Source: Armatimonadota bacterium
GTDB lineage: Bacteria; Armatimonadota; UBA10988
Length of the DNA stretch: 56,618 nucleotides
NCBI GenBank assembly: GCA_016235455.1
Contig: JACRKZ010000055.1
Coordinates: 1 to 56,618 of the forward strand
Direction of reading: 5' to 3'
The translations under genes were made by a program, and so were the position numbers. Each line of letters begins with the position of its first letter. Positions within the stretch are counted from its first letter, which is position 1. The notes below the pieces were generated by a model, which saw nothing but the letters and a program-made list of their open reading frames with translations, was not told where the DNA came from and did no database searches. Positions 26,177 to 35,182 of this stretch are shown here, piece by piece.

Positions 26177-26302
26177 CTGCCTCTCCTCTGCCACGTGGAG
26201 TTGCCCCTGCGGCAACCTTGGCCTTGGGTAGTATACCCTGGGAGATTTGGATGCGCCAGTCCGATTTGACATCGGGCGCCAGGTTGGTGGTAGCATGGCG
26301 TC

Positions 26303-26767
26303 ATGGACGAGCCGCGACGCATCACCGACCTCGCGCCCGCGGAGTGGGCGCATCTGGCGGCCTGCTGCGAGGCGGAGGGACTGCGTATCGTGAGCCGGCT
26401 CCTGGCGGATTTCGCGTCGGCCGCCAACCGCTTCGATCGGCCGGGCGAGATACTGCTGGCCAGCCGTCACGACGGTGCCGTGGTGGCCTGCGTCGGCCTC
26501 AATGTCCATCGCGACCCGGTGCTCGGCGTAGTGGGACGAGTGCGTCGGCTCTACGTCGACCCAGCGTGGCGCGGACAAGGCACCGGGCGGAAGCTGGTTC
26601 GTGCACTGATGGCGGCCTCGGCATCGCGGGTCGACGTCTTCATCGCCAATGCAGGACGCCTGCCAGTGGGTGGCTTCTACGAACGCCTTGGGTTCGAGAG
26701 CGCCGACGGGCCGGGCCTGACGCACATGCACCGGCCCCCCTCTACCCCTTCAACCCCGTCACCGTAA
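26303..26767 (+). CDS. GNAT family N-acetyltransferase
   Basis: RVRRLYVDPAWRGQGTGRKL acetyl-CoA motif, FYERLGF. Confidence 0.88.
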   Translation: MDEPRRITDLAPAEWAHLAACCEAEGLRIVSRLLADFASAANRFDRPGEILLASRHDGAVVACVGLNVHRDPVLGVVGRVRRLYVDPAWRGQGTGRKLVRALMAASASRVDVFIANAGRLPVGGFYERLGFESADGPGLTHMHRPPSTPSTPSP

Positions 26768-27596
26768 TCCCCTGAATGAACGTCTTCTGGGTGAAGAAGA
26801 ACAGCACAATGACCGGCGTGACCATGATCGTCGCGGCGGCCATGAGCATGTTCCATTCGGTGCCGCCGTGCTGGCTCTGATAGGCCTGCAGGCCGAGCGC
26901 CAGGGTAAACTGGCTCTGGTCCTGGAGGTAGATCAGCGGACCCATGAAGTCGTTCCAGATGTACATGAAGTGGAACAGCGCCACCACCGCCAGCGCCGGC
27001 TTGGCCAGCGGCAGGATGATCTGCCAGAAGATGCGGAACTCCGACGCGCCGTCGACCCGCGCGGCGTCGGACAGTTCCTCGGGGATGGAGCGGAAGAACT
27101 GGCGCAGCAGGAAGATGTTGAACGCCCCGCCGAACCACGCGCCCACCCACAGCGGGCGGAAGGTGCCGATCCAGTGCAGGTGCCTGAACAGCACATACAT
27201 GGGCACCATGGTCACCGGGAAGGGGATCATCATGGTGGCCAGGGTCAGCGCGAAGAGGGTCTCGCGGCCGCGCCACTTGATGCGCGCGAAGCCATAGGCC
27301 ACCAGCGCATTGGACAACAGGCAGCCGGGCACGGTCATCAGCACCAGATAGAGCGTGTTGAGCGTGTAGCGCAGGAAGGGGATGTAGCCCAGCTTCTCGC
27401 GCTGATAGAGCACCGCCTTGACGTAGTTGCCCCACTCGAACACCGAGGGGATCCACTTGGGCGGCATGGTCATCGTCTCTTCGATGGGCTTGAGCGAGGT
27501 CAGCACCATCCAGAGCAGCGGGAACATGCAGACCAGCGAGCCGACGAGCAGCACGAGGTGGCAGGCCAACTTGGGCAGCGGGTGCTTGAGCTTCAT
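26742..27596 (-). CDS. Carbohydrate ABC transporter permease (MalG-like)
   Basis: IPEELSDAARVDGASEFRIF EAA motif, WNDFMGPL. Confidence 0.93.
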   Translation of the reverse strand: MKLKHPLPKLACHLVLLVGSLVCMFPLLWMVLTSLKPIEETMTMPPKWIPSVFEWGNYVKAVLYQREKLGYIPFLRYTLNTLYLVLMTVPGCLLSNALVAYGFARIKWRGRETLFALTLATMMIPFPVTMVPMYVLFRHLHWIGTFRPLWVGAWFGGAFNIFLLRQFFRSIPEELSDAARVDGASEFRIFWQIILPLAKPALAVVALFHFMYIWNDFMGPLIYLQDQSQFTLALGLQAYQSQHGGTEWNMLMAAATIMVTPVIVLFFFTQKTFIQGITVTGLKG

Positions 27597-27598
27597 GA

Positions 27599-28483
27599 TC
27601 AGGCTCCCTCGTAGTGCACGTGCTTGCCCGAGAGGCGCAGCGCGATCCAGGTCAGCAGCAGCGTCAGGATGAACAGGATCCAGGCCATGGCCGAGGCATA
27701 GCCCATCTGCAGGTACGGCAGCGCGTTGTCGTAGAGGTAGACGGCGAAGAAGTAGGCCGAGCGCGCCGGCTGCCCGCCGGGCAGCATGATGAACGGCAGC
27801 GCGAACATCTGCAGCGAGCCGATGATGCCCATGATCAGGTTGAACAGGATGACCGGCGACATCATGGGCACGGTGACATGCCGCAGCTTGCCCCACCAGC
27901 CCGCGCCGTCGAGTTCCGCTGCTTCATAGAGCTGTTGCGGCACATCCTGCAGGCCGGCCAGGTAGATGACCACGGCATGGCCGACGCCCCACAGGCTCAT
28001 GAGCACCAGCGAGGGCTTGGTCCACAGCGGGTCGGACAGCCAGCCGGGGCCTTTGATGCCGACCGCGTCGAGCGCGTAGTTGACCACGCCGAACTTGCCG
28101 TTGAGCAGCCACAGCCAGAGGATGGCGCTGGCCACCGCGGGCACCAGCGAGGGCAGGAAGAAGATGGTGCGGTAGACGGTCATGCCCTTCACGCCGGTGT
28201 TGAGCAGCACCGCCGTGGCGAAGGAGACGATGAGCCCCAGCGGCAGGGCCATGGCGGCGTAGTACAGCGTGTTGCGCAGCGCCTGCCAGAACACCTCGTC
28301 GGCCATCAGGTCGCGGTAGTTGGACAGGCCGATGAAGCTGGCCTTCTCGAGCACCGAGTAGTCGCACAGGCTGAAGTACATCGAGGCGACGATGGGATAG
28401 AGCTGGAAGACCACCAGCCCGATGAGCCACGGCGAGCAGAAGGCCAGACCCAGGCGCAGGTTGCGCTTCTCGCGGTCGGTCAT
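27599..28483 (-). CDS. Carbohydrate ABC transporter permease (MalF-like)
   Basis: LAGLQDVPQQLYEAAELDGAG EAA motif, GYASAMAW. Confidence 0.93.
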   Translation of the reverse strand: MTDREKRNLRLGLAFCSPWLIGLVVFQLYPIVASMYFSLCDYSVLEKASFIGLSNYRDLMADEVFWQALRNTLYYAAMALPLGLIVSFATAVLLNTGVKGMTVYRTIFFLPSLVPAVASAILWLWLLNGKFGVVNYALDAVGIKGPGWLSDPLWTKPSLVLMSLWGVGHAVVIYLAGLQDVPQQLYEAAELDGAGWWGKLRHVTVPMMSPVILFNLIMGIIGSLQMFALPFIMLPGGQPARSAYFFAVYLYDNALPYLQMGYASAMAWILFILTLLLTWIALRLSGKHVHYEGA

Positions 28484-29808
28484 TGAACCAGTCCCTTCCG
28501 CCGCTTCTGGCGGATCTCACGGTCGAGCTTGCGCTGCATGCGGTCCTGCACCCGGCCCAACGCCTGCTCGGGCGTCTCTTCCACCAGCCAGATCTTGGAG
28601 AACGCGTTGCTCATCTCGTCGCCGAACTCTTTCCAGATGGCCAGCTTGGGCGGCGAGAAGACGCGCTGAGCGTAGGCGAGCTTGACGAAATCCCGCAGGT
28701 ACGGGTGCGGATGGCGCTGGTAGAAGTCGGGCGTCAGCGCCGTGAGCGGGCTGAACTTGCGCTGGCCCAGATTGAGCAACTCGGCGCCGGCCGGCGAGGC
28801 CACGTAGCGCATGAACTCGAAGGCTTCGCGGGGGTGCCGCGAGCCCGAGGGGATGACCAGCGTGTCCATGTCCACCAGCGACTGGCCGGCGAGGTCAGGC
28901 CGGTCCGCCGGATAGGGGAACGGCGCCACGCCCCACTCGAGGTTCTTGTTGAACTTGTCGATGAAGTTGTACATCCAGACGCCCTGCAGCTCCATGGCCA
29001 CCTTGCCCGAGACGAACGGGTTCTGGGGCGAGGAGAAGTTGCCGAAGCCGCTCTGGAAGACCTGGATGGCCTGCGTGCCATACGTCTTGGCGTACTGCTG
29101 CACCCAGGTGAAAGCGCGCAGGTTCTCGGGGCTGGTCACGGTCAGCTTCGACTTGCCGTCATACAGCTCGCCGCCGAACCAGTAGCCCCAAGCCCAGTTC
29201 CACCAGCCCGGCTCACTGGGCAGGAAGCCGGCAATGTCGATCTTGCCGTCAGCGTCGCGCGTGGTCAGCCTGGCGGCGGCCGCATCGAGTTCCTCAATGG
29301 TCCGCGGCGGCCGGTCGGGGTCCAGCCCCGCGGCGCGCATGAGCTTCTTGTTGTAGTGCAGCGCCACGGTGGCCGGCGTGGTGGGCAGAGCGAAGACATG
29401 CCCGCGATAGGTGCACAGGTCCCAGAACGAGGGGATGAAGTCCCGCGGGCCGATGCCCGCCTGCTCGCACAGGTCGTCCAGCGTGCGGATGGCGTTCATG
29501 TCCGCGTAGACATGCGTGTTGTTGGACCACAGACCGGCCACATCGGGTGGATTGCCGCCGGCGGTGGCCAGGAGCAGCTTCTGGTCGACCTGGCTGACGG
29601 TCAACAGGTCGACGAAGATGCGATCCTGACTGGCGTTGTAGGCGTCCACCACCGCGCGCATGGCGTCGCCTTCGAAGCCGGTCCACTTCTCCCAGTAGCT
29701 GATGTGGACCCGGCCGTCGCGCGATGCCGCGCCGGGCCTGGCGCAGCCTGAAAGCAGCACAACGGAGCCGAGCAGTAGGGCCAAGACGGCCCGCGGTAGG
29801 AAGCGCAT
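28480..29808 (-). CDS. Sugar ABC transporter substrate-binding lipoprotein
   Basis: LLSGC lipobox, AGGNPPDV, LHYNK, FVSGKVAM..GVW; precedes two permeases. Confidence 0.92.
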   Translation of the reverse strand: MRFLPRAVLALLLGSVVLLSGCARPGAASRDGRVHISYWEKWTGFEGDAMRAVVDAYNASQDRIFVDLLTVSQVDQKLLLATAGGNPPDVAGLWSNNTHVYADMNAIRTLDDLCEQAGIGPRDFIPSFWDLCTYRGHVFALPTTPATVALHYNKKLMRAAGLDPDRPPRTIEELDAAAARLTTRDADGKIDIAGFLPSEPGWWNWAWGYWFGGELYDGKSKLTVTSPENLRAFTWVQQYAKTYGTQAIQVFQSGFGNFSSPQNPFVSGKVAMELQGVWMYNFIDKFNKNLEWGVAPFPYPADRPDLAGQSLVDMDTLVIPSGSRHPREAFEFMRYVASPAGAELLNLGQRKFSPLTALTPDFYQRHPHPYLRDFVKLAYAQRVFSPPKLAIWKEFGDEMSNAFSKIWLVEETPEQALGRVQDRMQRKLDREIRQKRRKGLVQ

Positions 29809-29843
29809 GACGTGGGATTCACCGTGACAGCCGGTGGTCCTCC

Positions 29844-30305
29844 CTACAACAATCCCGCCACGGCTTCAAGGTCGCCGGCCAGCACCGCGCGCTCCTCATC
29901 GTCGGCGACCAGTACCAGCAGTTCGCGGGCACTGGCCAGATGCTGCTCGGCCCGCGGCCTGTCGCCCTGCAAGGCGGCCAGGCGCGCCGCGGCCTCATGC
30001 GCCTCGCCCGTGAGGAATGGGCTGAGCCCACGGTCGACGCACAGCGCCAGGCCCCGCTGCGCATGATGCCAGCCGGGCTCAAAGCGGCCCAGCGTCGCAT
30101 AGACCCGCGCCAACTGCCACTCGCCAACCGCCAGATTGCTCTCATCGCCGACCTGCTCCCAGTGGTAGCGAGAGGCGTGCGCGGCGTGGACCATGCGCTC
30201 GTCTTCGGCCGGCGTGCGGTCGGTCTTGTCCAGCAGATCCCAAGTCTCGTTGAAGGTCGCGGCGGCCAGATGCCGGTGCTGCTCAGGGATGGTCATCGTG
30301 GTCAT
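29844..30305 (-). CDS. Conserved hypothetical alpha-helical protein
   Basis: FNETWDLLDK..HAAHASRYHW..GEWQLARVY pattern; clean ORF. Confidence 0.7.
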   Translation of the reverse strand: MTTMTIPEQHRHLAAATFNETWDLLDKTDRTPAEDERMVHAAHASRYHWEQVGDESNLAVGEWQLARVYATLGRFEPGWHHAQRGLALCVDRGLSPFLTGEAHEAAARLAALQGDRPRAEQHLASARELLVLVADDEERAVLAGDLEAVAGLL

Positions 30306-30434
30306 CCTAGCGAGCTAGCGTGACGCCACTCCCCGGCCGTGGCACCTCCTGGTAACCCGCGGTGCTGGTCGCCACGGGCTGGGGCTAGTCGGCCTGGCCC
30401 CGATCTGGCGTCGGCCGTAGCAAGCGTGAGCCGG

Positions 30435-32012
30435 CTAGTCGATCGCCTCGCTTCGTGCCTGGCAAACCACGGCCAGAGCCGGCGCCTCCTCACCCGACTC
30501 CGTCGCCAGCGCCCCGCCGGTGACGGCGCGATGGCCCACCAACTCGCCCACCGCGGCGACCACGCTGTTGAGCGCATGGGCCTGGCCGCGCAGGGCCGCG
30601 CTGGAGTCCGCGGCTTCACGTGCACCGGCGGCGGCTCGGCGCACGGCGCCGTCCATGCGGCTGACTGCCGCGCCGATGCGCGTGGCGTCTTGCGCCTGAG
30701 TATGGCTCGCCTCCCGCACCTTGCTGACCAGCTCAAGCAGGGCATCCGCGGTGCTGGTTACCTTGTCCAGCGCCTGCCCGACCTCGTCGGCGGCGCCGAC
30801 CCCTTGATCAGCCTCGCTGCAGCCGGCCTCGATCAGCGAACCCGTCATACGCGCGGCATCGGCGCTACGCCTGGCCAGATTGCGCACTTCGGCCGCCACG
30901 ATCGCGAAGCCCTGGCCCGCGTCGCCGGCACGGGCAGCCTCCACGGCCGCGTTGAGCGCCAGGAGGTTGGTCTGGAAGGCGATTTCGTCGATCGTCTTGA
31001 CGATCTGCGCGGTCTCCTGGCTGCTGGCTTTGATGCGCCCGATAGCTGCGGTCAGCCGCGCCATGGCCGCGCCACCCTCGGCGGCCAGGCCGCGGGAGTC
31101 GCTGGCCAGGCCGTGCGCCTGCGCAGCATCGACGGCGTTGCGTTCGGTCATCCCGGTCAGTTGCGCCAGGCTCTCGCTGGTGCTGACCAGTTCGGTGGCC
31201 TGGTCGGCCGCGGCGGTGGCCAACCCGGCGGCGGCGGTGGCCAACTGCTCGCTGGTGGCGGTCACCCGCGCACTACCGGCTCCAAGACGCTGGCTCACGG
31301 CGGCCAGTTGGCCGCTCACCGCGCGGGTGCTGCGGTGCCCGAAGACCACCGCCGCCAACACCGCCAGGACCATGATCGCGCCCTGCCAGCGGGTGCGCCT
31401 GGCGACCACCTTTGCCGCCGCGGACTCGTCGCGCTTGTAGCGCTCGGTGGCCAGCGCAACGACGCGGTCGATGGCCGCGCGGTGGTCGGCATAGGCCGCT
31501 CGCAACGAGCCCGTGGCCACGGCGCGAGCCGCCCCGTAATCGCCGGCCTGGACGCGAGGGATGAGCTCCTTGTCGGCCACGTCGTAGAACCGCCGAGCCG
31601 CGTCGTCAGCGGCGGTGATGAAGGTGGTGTACAGCTCGTCGTCTTGCGCCGTGGCGCCGAACCGCGGGTCGGGGTGGTCCATGCGCGGCAGTTGCTCCTC
31701 CCACAGGCGATGCCGAGCGTCGTACTGGTCGGCGCCGCTGCGCAGGAAGTGCAGCCGGTCGATGAGGGCAGCCTGCTCCTCGGGCTTGCTCTGGGTCAGC
31801 TCCAGCGCCACCAGATACGACTCGATGATGTAGGCCGGCGGCGGCAGGATGTCGGCGATCAGGTCCTTGCTCTGGATGATCCGCGTGTAATACGGACCAT
31901 TGACCCGCACCACCCTGAGCGTATCGTGCGCCAACCAGCTCGTGGCGGCCATGCTCAGTACAATCAGGGCGACCAGACGCCCAAGCCTGGACTGCACGGT
32001 TCTCGCGGCCAT
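30435..32012 (-). CDS. Methyl-accepting chemotaxis protein
   Basis: Two TM helices around a helical sensor ([10 protein letters not shown]); [40 protein letters not shown] signalling hairpin. Confidence 0.95.
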   Translation of the reverse strand: MAARTVQSRLGRLVALIVLSMAATSWLAHDTLRVVRVNGPYYTRIIQSKDLIADILPPPAYIIESYLVALELTQSKPEEQAALIDRLHFLRSGADQYDARHRLWEEQLPRMDHPDPRFGATAQDDELYTTFITAADDAARRFYDVADKELIPRVQAGDYGAARAVATGSLRAAYADHRAAIDRVVALATERYKRDESAAAKVVARRTRWQGAIMVLAVLAAVVFGHRSTRAVSGQLAAVSQRLGAGSARVTATSEQLATAAAGLATAAADQATELVSTSESLAQLTGMTERNAVDAAQAHGLASDSRGLAAEGGAAMARLTAAIGRIKASSQETAQIVKTIDEIAFQTNLLALNAAVEAARAGDAGQGFAIVAAEVRNLARRSADAARMTGSLIEAGCSEADQGVGAADEVGQALDKVTSTADALLELVSKVREASHTQAQDATRIGAAVSRMDGAVRRAAAGAREAADSSAALRGQAHALNSVVAAVGELVGHRAVTGGALATESGEEAPALAVVCQARSEAID

Positions 32013-32138
32013 CGATTCCTCCCTTTACGGCCCATCCCCTACAGAAATGCCTGACCGCCATATGGCGTGGCCAACGGCAATCTTATAGACACATTCTGAT
32101 GGTGGCTTATCGCCCTGTTTCTGGTTCGCCTGGGCTGA

Positions 32139-32166
32139 TTATCGGCAGAATAGTTGTGCTACTTGA
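32139..32166 (-). promoter_or_regulatory. sigma28-type promoter upstream of the MCP
   Basis: Minus strand TCAAG-15 nt-GCCGATAA (perfect -10). Confidence 0.7.
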
Positions 32167-32387
32167 TACCCAGACCGGCGATTCGGCGGGTCGCCGCCAA
32201 TCCGCCCGTGGGGCCGATTGCCGGTCGGTGTAATCAAGTCCTTCTCTCTTCGTGTCATGTACACGACACATTCAGACCGCGTATCGGCCGACGATCGGAC
32301 ACAGAGGCGCAATGATTCGGTGGTCGGGCGAGGCAGCGTGCGAACTGGCCAAGCATGGTGTACCCTAGCAAGCCAAGGAGCAGAACG

Positions 32388-33674
32388 ATGCGTATTCTCT
32401 CGGCCGTGGAGCAGCCCGCTGCCGTCGACGCCATCTTGCGGCGCGACGTGTTCAGTGGCACGCACCAGCACGCCCAGGCGGCGGCCGAGATCCTCGCGGC
32501 CGTGCAGCAGCGCGGTGACGAGGCACTGCTCGACTACACCCGCCGTTTCGACGCGCCGGACATGACCCTCGAGCAGATGGTCGTCACTCCCGAGCAGCTC
32601 GCCGCGGCGCGCGCGGCGGTCTCGCCCGAGTTCCGCGAGGCCGTGATGGTCGCCGCGGACAACCTGGAAGACTTCCACGAGCGGCAACTGCGCCAGGATT
32701 GGTTCGCCACGCGGCCCGGCGGCGGCTGGGTCGGCCAGCGCGTCACGCCCGTCGACAGCGCCGGTGTCTACGTGCCCGGCGGCCAGGCCGTGCTGCCCAG
32801 CACGCTGCTGCACGTCTGCGTGCCCGCGCAGGTGGCTGGCGTGCGGCGCCTGGCCGTGTGCTGCCCGCCTCGGCGCGATGGCTCGGGCGAGGTGCACCTG
32901 CTGGCCGCGGCCAGCCTGATCGGCATCGACGAGGTCTACCTGGTCGGCGGCGCGCAGGCCATTGGTGCGCTGGCCTACGGCACGGCCACCGTGCCGCGCG
33001 TCGACGTCGTCGCCGGGCCGGGCAACGCCTATGTCAACCACGCCAAGCGCCTGGTGTTCGGCCTGGTCGGCATCGACAGCCTGGCCGGGCCCAGCGAGAT
33101 CCTGATCGTCGCCGACGCGGCCGCCAGTGCCCGGCAGATCGCCGCCGACATGCTCAGCCAGGCCGAGCACAGCGCCGACGCGCGCAGCATCGTGCTGACG
33201 CCGAGTGGTGCCCTGGCCGACGAGGTGGTCGCCGAGCTCGAGCGCCAGCTGGCCGTGCTGCCGCGCGGCGAGGTGGCCCGTGGCGCGCTGGAGGCGGTGG
33301 GCGGCATCGTGCTGGTCAACGACTTGGCCGCGGCCTGCGAGCTGGTCAACGTCTGCGCGCCCGAGCACCTGGAGCTGCTGGTGGCCGACCCCATGGGCCT
33401 GCTGCCGCTGATCCGCCACGCCGGCGCGATCTTCCTGGGCGCCCACAGCCCGGAGCCGCTGGGCGACTATGTGGCCGGGCCCAGTCACGTGCTGCCCACG
33501 GGCGGCACGGCGCGGTTCGCCTCGCCCATCGGCGTCGAAACGTTCGTCAAGCGCAGCAGTCTGATAGCCTACGGCGCCGAGACTCTGCGCGCGGAAGCGG
33601 CGGCCATCACGACCCTGGCGCGAGCCGAGGGTCTGGAAGCCCACGCGCGGAGCGTTGAGGCCCGCCTGGACTGA
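32388..33674 (+). CDS. hisD: Histidinol dehydrogenase
   Basis: GVYVPGG, GGAQAIGALAYGT, GPGNAYV, IDSLAGPSE, SQAEH, APEHL, GDYVAGPSHVLPT. Confidence 0.96.
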   Translation: MRILSAVEQPAAVDAILRRDVFSGTHQHAQAAAEILAAVQQRGDEALLDYTRRFDAPDMTLEQMVVTPEQLAAARAAVSPEFREAVMVAADNLEDFHERQLRQDWFATRPGGGWVGQRVTPVDSAGVYVPGGQAVLPSTLLHVCVPAQVAGVRRLAVCCPPRRDGSGEVHLLAAASLIGIDEVYLVGGAQAIGALAYGTATVPRVDVVAGPGNAYVNHAKRLVFGLVGIDSLAGPSEILIVADAAASARQIAADMLSQAEHSADARSIVLTPSGALADEVVAELERQLAVLPRGEVARGALEAVGGIVLVNDLAAACELVNVCAPEHLELLVADPMGLLPLIRHAGAIFLGAHSPEPLGDYVAGPSHVLPTGGTARFASPIGVETFVKRSSLIAYGAETLRAEAAAITTLARAEGLEAHARSVEARLD

Positions 33675-33695
33675 TCGACACCCGAGGTGCAGCCC

Positions 33696-34280
33696 ATGCC
33701 GCGGCAAGCAGTGATTGAGCGCAAGACCGCCGAGACCAACATCGCCCTGTCGCTCGCCATTGACGGTCAGGGCGTCAGCCAGATCGCCACGGGCGTCGGA
33801 TTCCTCGACCACATGCTGACGCTGTTCGCGCGGCATGGCCTGTTCGATCTGCAGGTGCGCTGCGACGGCGACACGCACATCGACGACCATCACACCGTCG
33901 AGGACATCGGCATCGCCCTGGGCGAGGCGTTCGACCGCGCGCTGGGCGCGAAGATCGGCATTGTGCGCTACGGCGCCTTCACCGTGCCCATGGACGAGAC
34001 GCTGGTGGCCGCGCACGTCGACCTGTCGGGCCGGCCGTACCTGGTCTATGAGCTGGACCTGGACGGCAAGATCGGCACGTTCGACGCCGAACTGGTGCGC
34101 GAGTTCTTCACCGCCTTCGCCCACAACGCCAAGTGCAACCTGCACCTGCGGCAGCTGGCCGGCGGCAACCGCCACCACATCGCCGAGGCCGGCTTCAAAG
34201 CCGTGGCGCGCGCGCTGGACGCGGCCACGCGGCTCGATCCGCGTGTGCAGGGCGTACCGTCGACCAAGGGCACGCTGTAG
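33696..34280 (+). CDS. hisB: Imidazoleglycerol-phosphate dehydratase (monofunctional)
   Basis: [39 protein letters not shown]. Confidence 0.96.
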   Translation: MPRQAVIERKTAETNIALSLAIDGQGVSQIATGVGFLDHMLTLFARHGLFDLQVRCDGDTHIDDHHTVEDIGIALGEAFDRALGAKIGIVRYGAFTVPMDETLVAAHVDLSGRPYLVYELDLDGKIGTFDAELVREFFTAFAHNAKCNLHLRQLAGGNRHHIAEAGFKAVARALDAATRLDPRVQGVPSTKGTL

Positions 34281-34286
34281 CGATAG

Positions 34287-34368
34287 GCGGTGTCAGGCAA
34301 TGAACGGTGTCAGGGACCGTTTTCGCGCGCGAAAACGGTCCCTGACACCGTTCATTGCCTGACACCGC
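34287..34368. repeat. Perfect 82-bp spacer-less palindrome (REP/REPIN-like)
   Basis: 41-bp arm GCGGTGTCAGGCAATGAACGGTGTCAGGGACCGTTTTCGCG followed immediately by its exact reverse complement, between convergent hisB and GDPD. Confidence 0.92.
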
Positions 34369-34374
34369 TTCATC

Positions 34375-35058
34375 TCACCCCCGCACCACCCGCACGGCCA
34401 GATCGGGGTAGTTGCTCGACACGCTGTCCACACCCAGCTCCAGCGTGGTACGGATGTCTGCCTCGGTGTCGGGATTCCAGCCGCGGCAGCGCAGGCCGGC
34501 GGCATGGATGGTGGCCACCTGGTCGACGGTCAAGGCCTGCCAACAGATGTCCATGTGCTCTGCCCGCAGGTCCACCAGCCGCGCCAGGGCGTCGGCGTCG
34601 AAGGCCGAGTGGATGCCGGTGATGCGTAGCTCGTCACCCAGCTCCCGCACGCGGGCGATGCGGTCGAGATCGAAGCAACTGAACACCACCTGCTCGACCA
34701 TGCCCGCCTTTCGCACGGCCGCCACGGCCGCGTCGGCGGTGCCGTCGCCCTTGAGCTCGCACAGCAGCAGGATGCGGTCGCGGACGAGGTCGAGCACCTC
34801 GCCAAACAGCGGAATGAGCGCGCCGTCACCCGCGTCCAGCGCGCGCAGCTCGGCCAGCGTCAGCTCGGCGATGCGGCCGGTGCCGTTGGTGGTGCGGTCC
34901 ACCGTGTGGTCGTGACAGACCACCAGATGGCCGTCGGCGCTGAGGTGCACATCGCATTCGGTGGCATCGCAGCCAAGCGCGATGGCCTTCTCGAAGCTGG
35001 GCAGTGTGTTCTCGGGCACCAGGCCCTTGGCGCCGCGGTGGCCGACGACTTCGATCAT
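34375..35058 (-). CDS. Glycerophosphodiester phosphodiesterase family protein
   Basis: VVGHRGAKGLVPENTL, ECDV, VVCHDHTVDRTTNG, ELK, SNYPD. Confidence 0.92.
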   Translation of the reverse strand: MIEVVGHRGAKGLVPENTLPSFEKAIALGCDATECDVHLSADGHLVVCHDHTVDRTTNGTGRIAELTLAELRALDAGDGALIPLFGEVLDLVRDRILLLCELKGDGTADAAVAAVRKAGMVEQVVFSCFDLDRIARVRELGDELRITGIHSAFDADALARLVDLRAEHMDICWQALTVDQVATIHAAGLRCRGWNPDTEADIRTTLELGVDSVSSNYPDLAVRVVRG

Positions 35059-35182
35059 GGGGATCCTCCGACAACAGTGCGCTTGGACGATGCCCTGGCG
35101 AGTCCTGCCACGCCTCTGGGCTTGACTCGCGGCCGCAGCCTGGGCACGCTTAACGTTGGGTATCGGCCCGAGGGGAGGCTCC

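Noticed and set aside
24725-26731. 668-aa version of the cytochrome ORF
   Set aside because: The extension is antisense to the GNAT gene; the signal peptide and RBS indicate a start at 26176
26742-26767. Convergent 3' overlaps (GNAT/permease; also 41972-41996)
   Set aside because: Short tail-to-tail overlaps are common in GC-rich genomes
34287-34368. Palindrome as a protelomerase target or CRISPR repeat; tiny ORFs 34290..34622 and 34293..34505
   Set aside because: No protelomerase, phage or cas genes and no spacers; the mirrored peptide in those ORFs is a by-product of the palindrome
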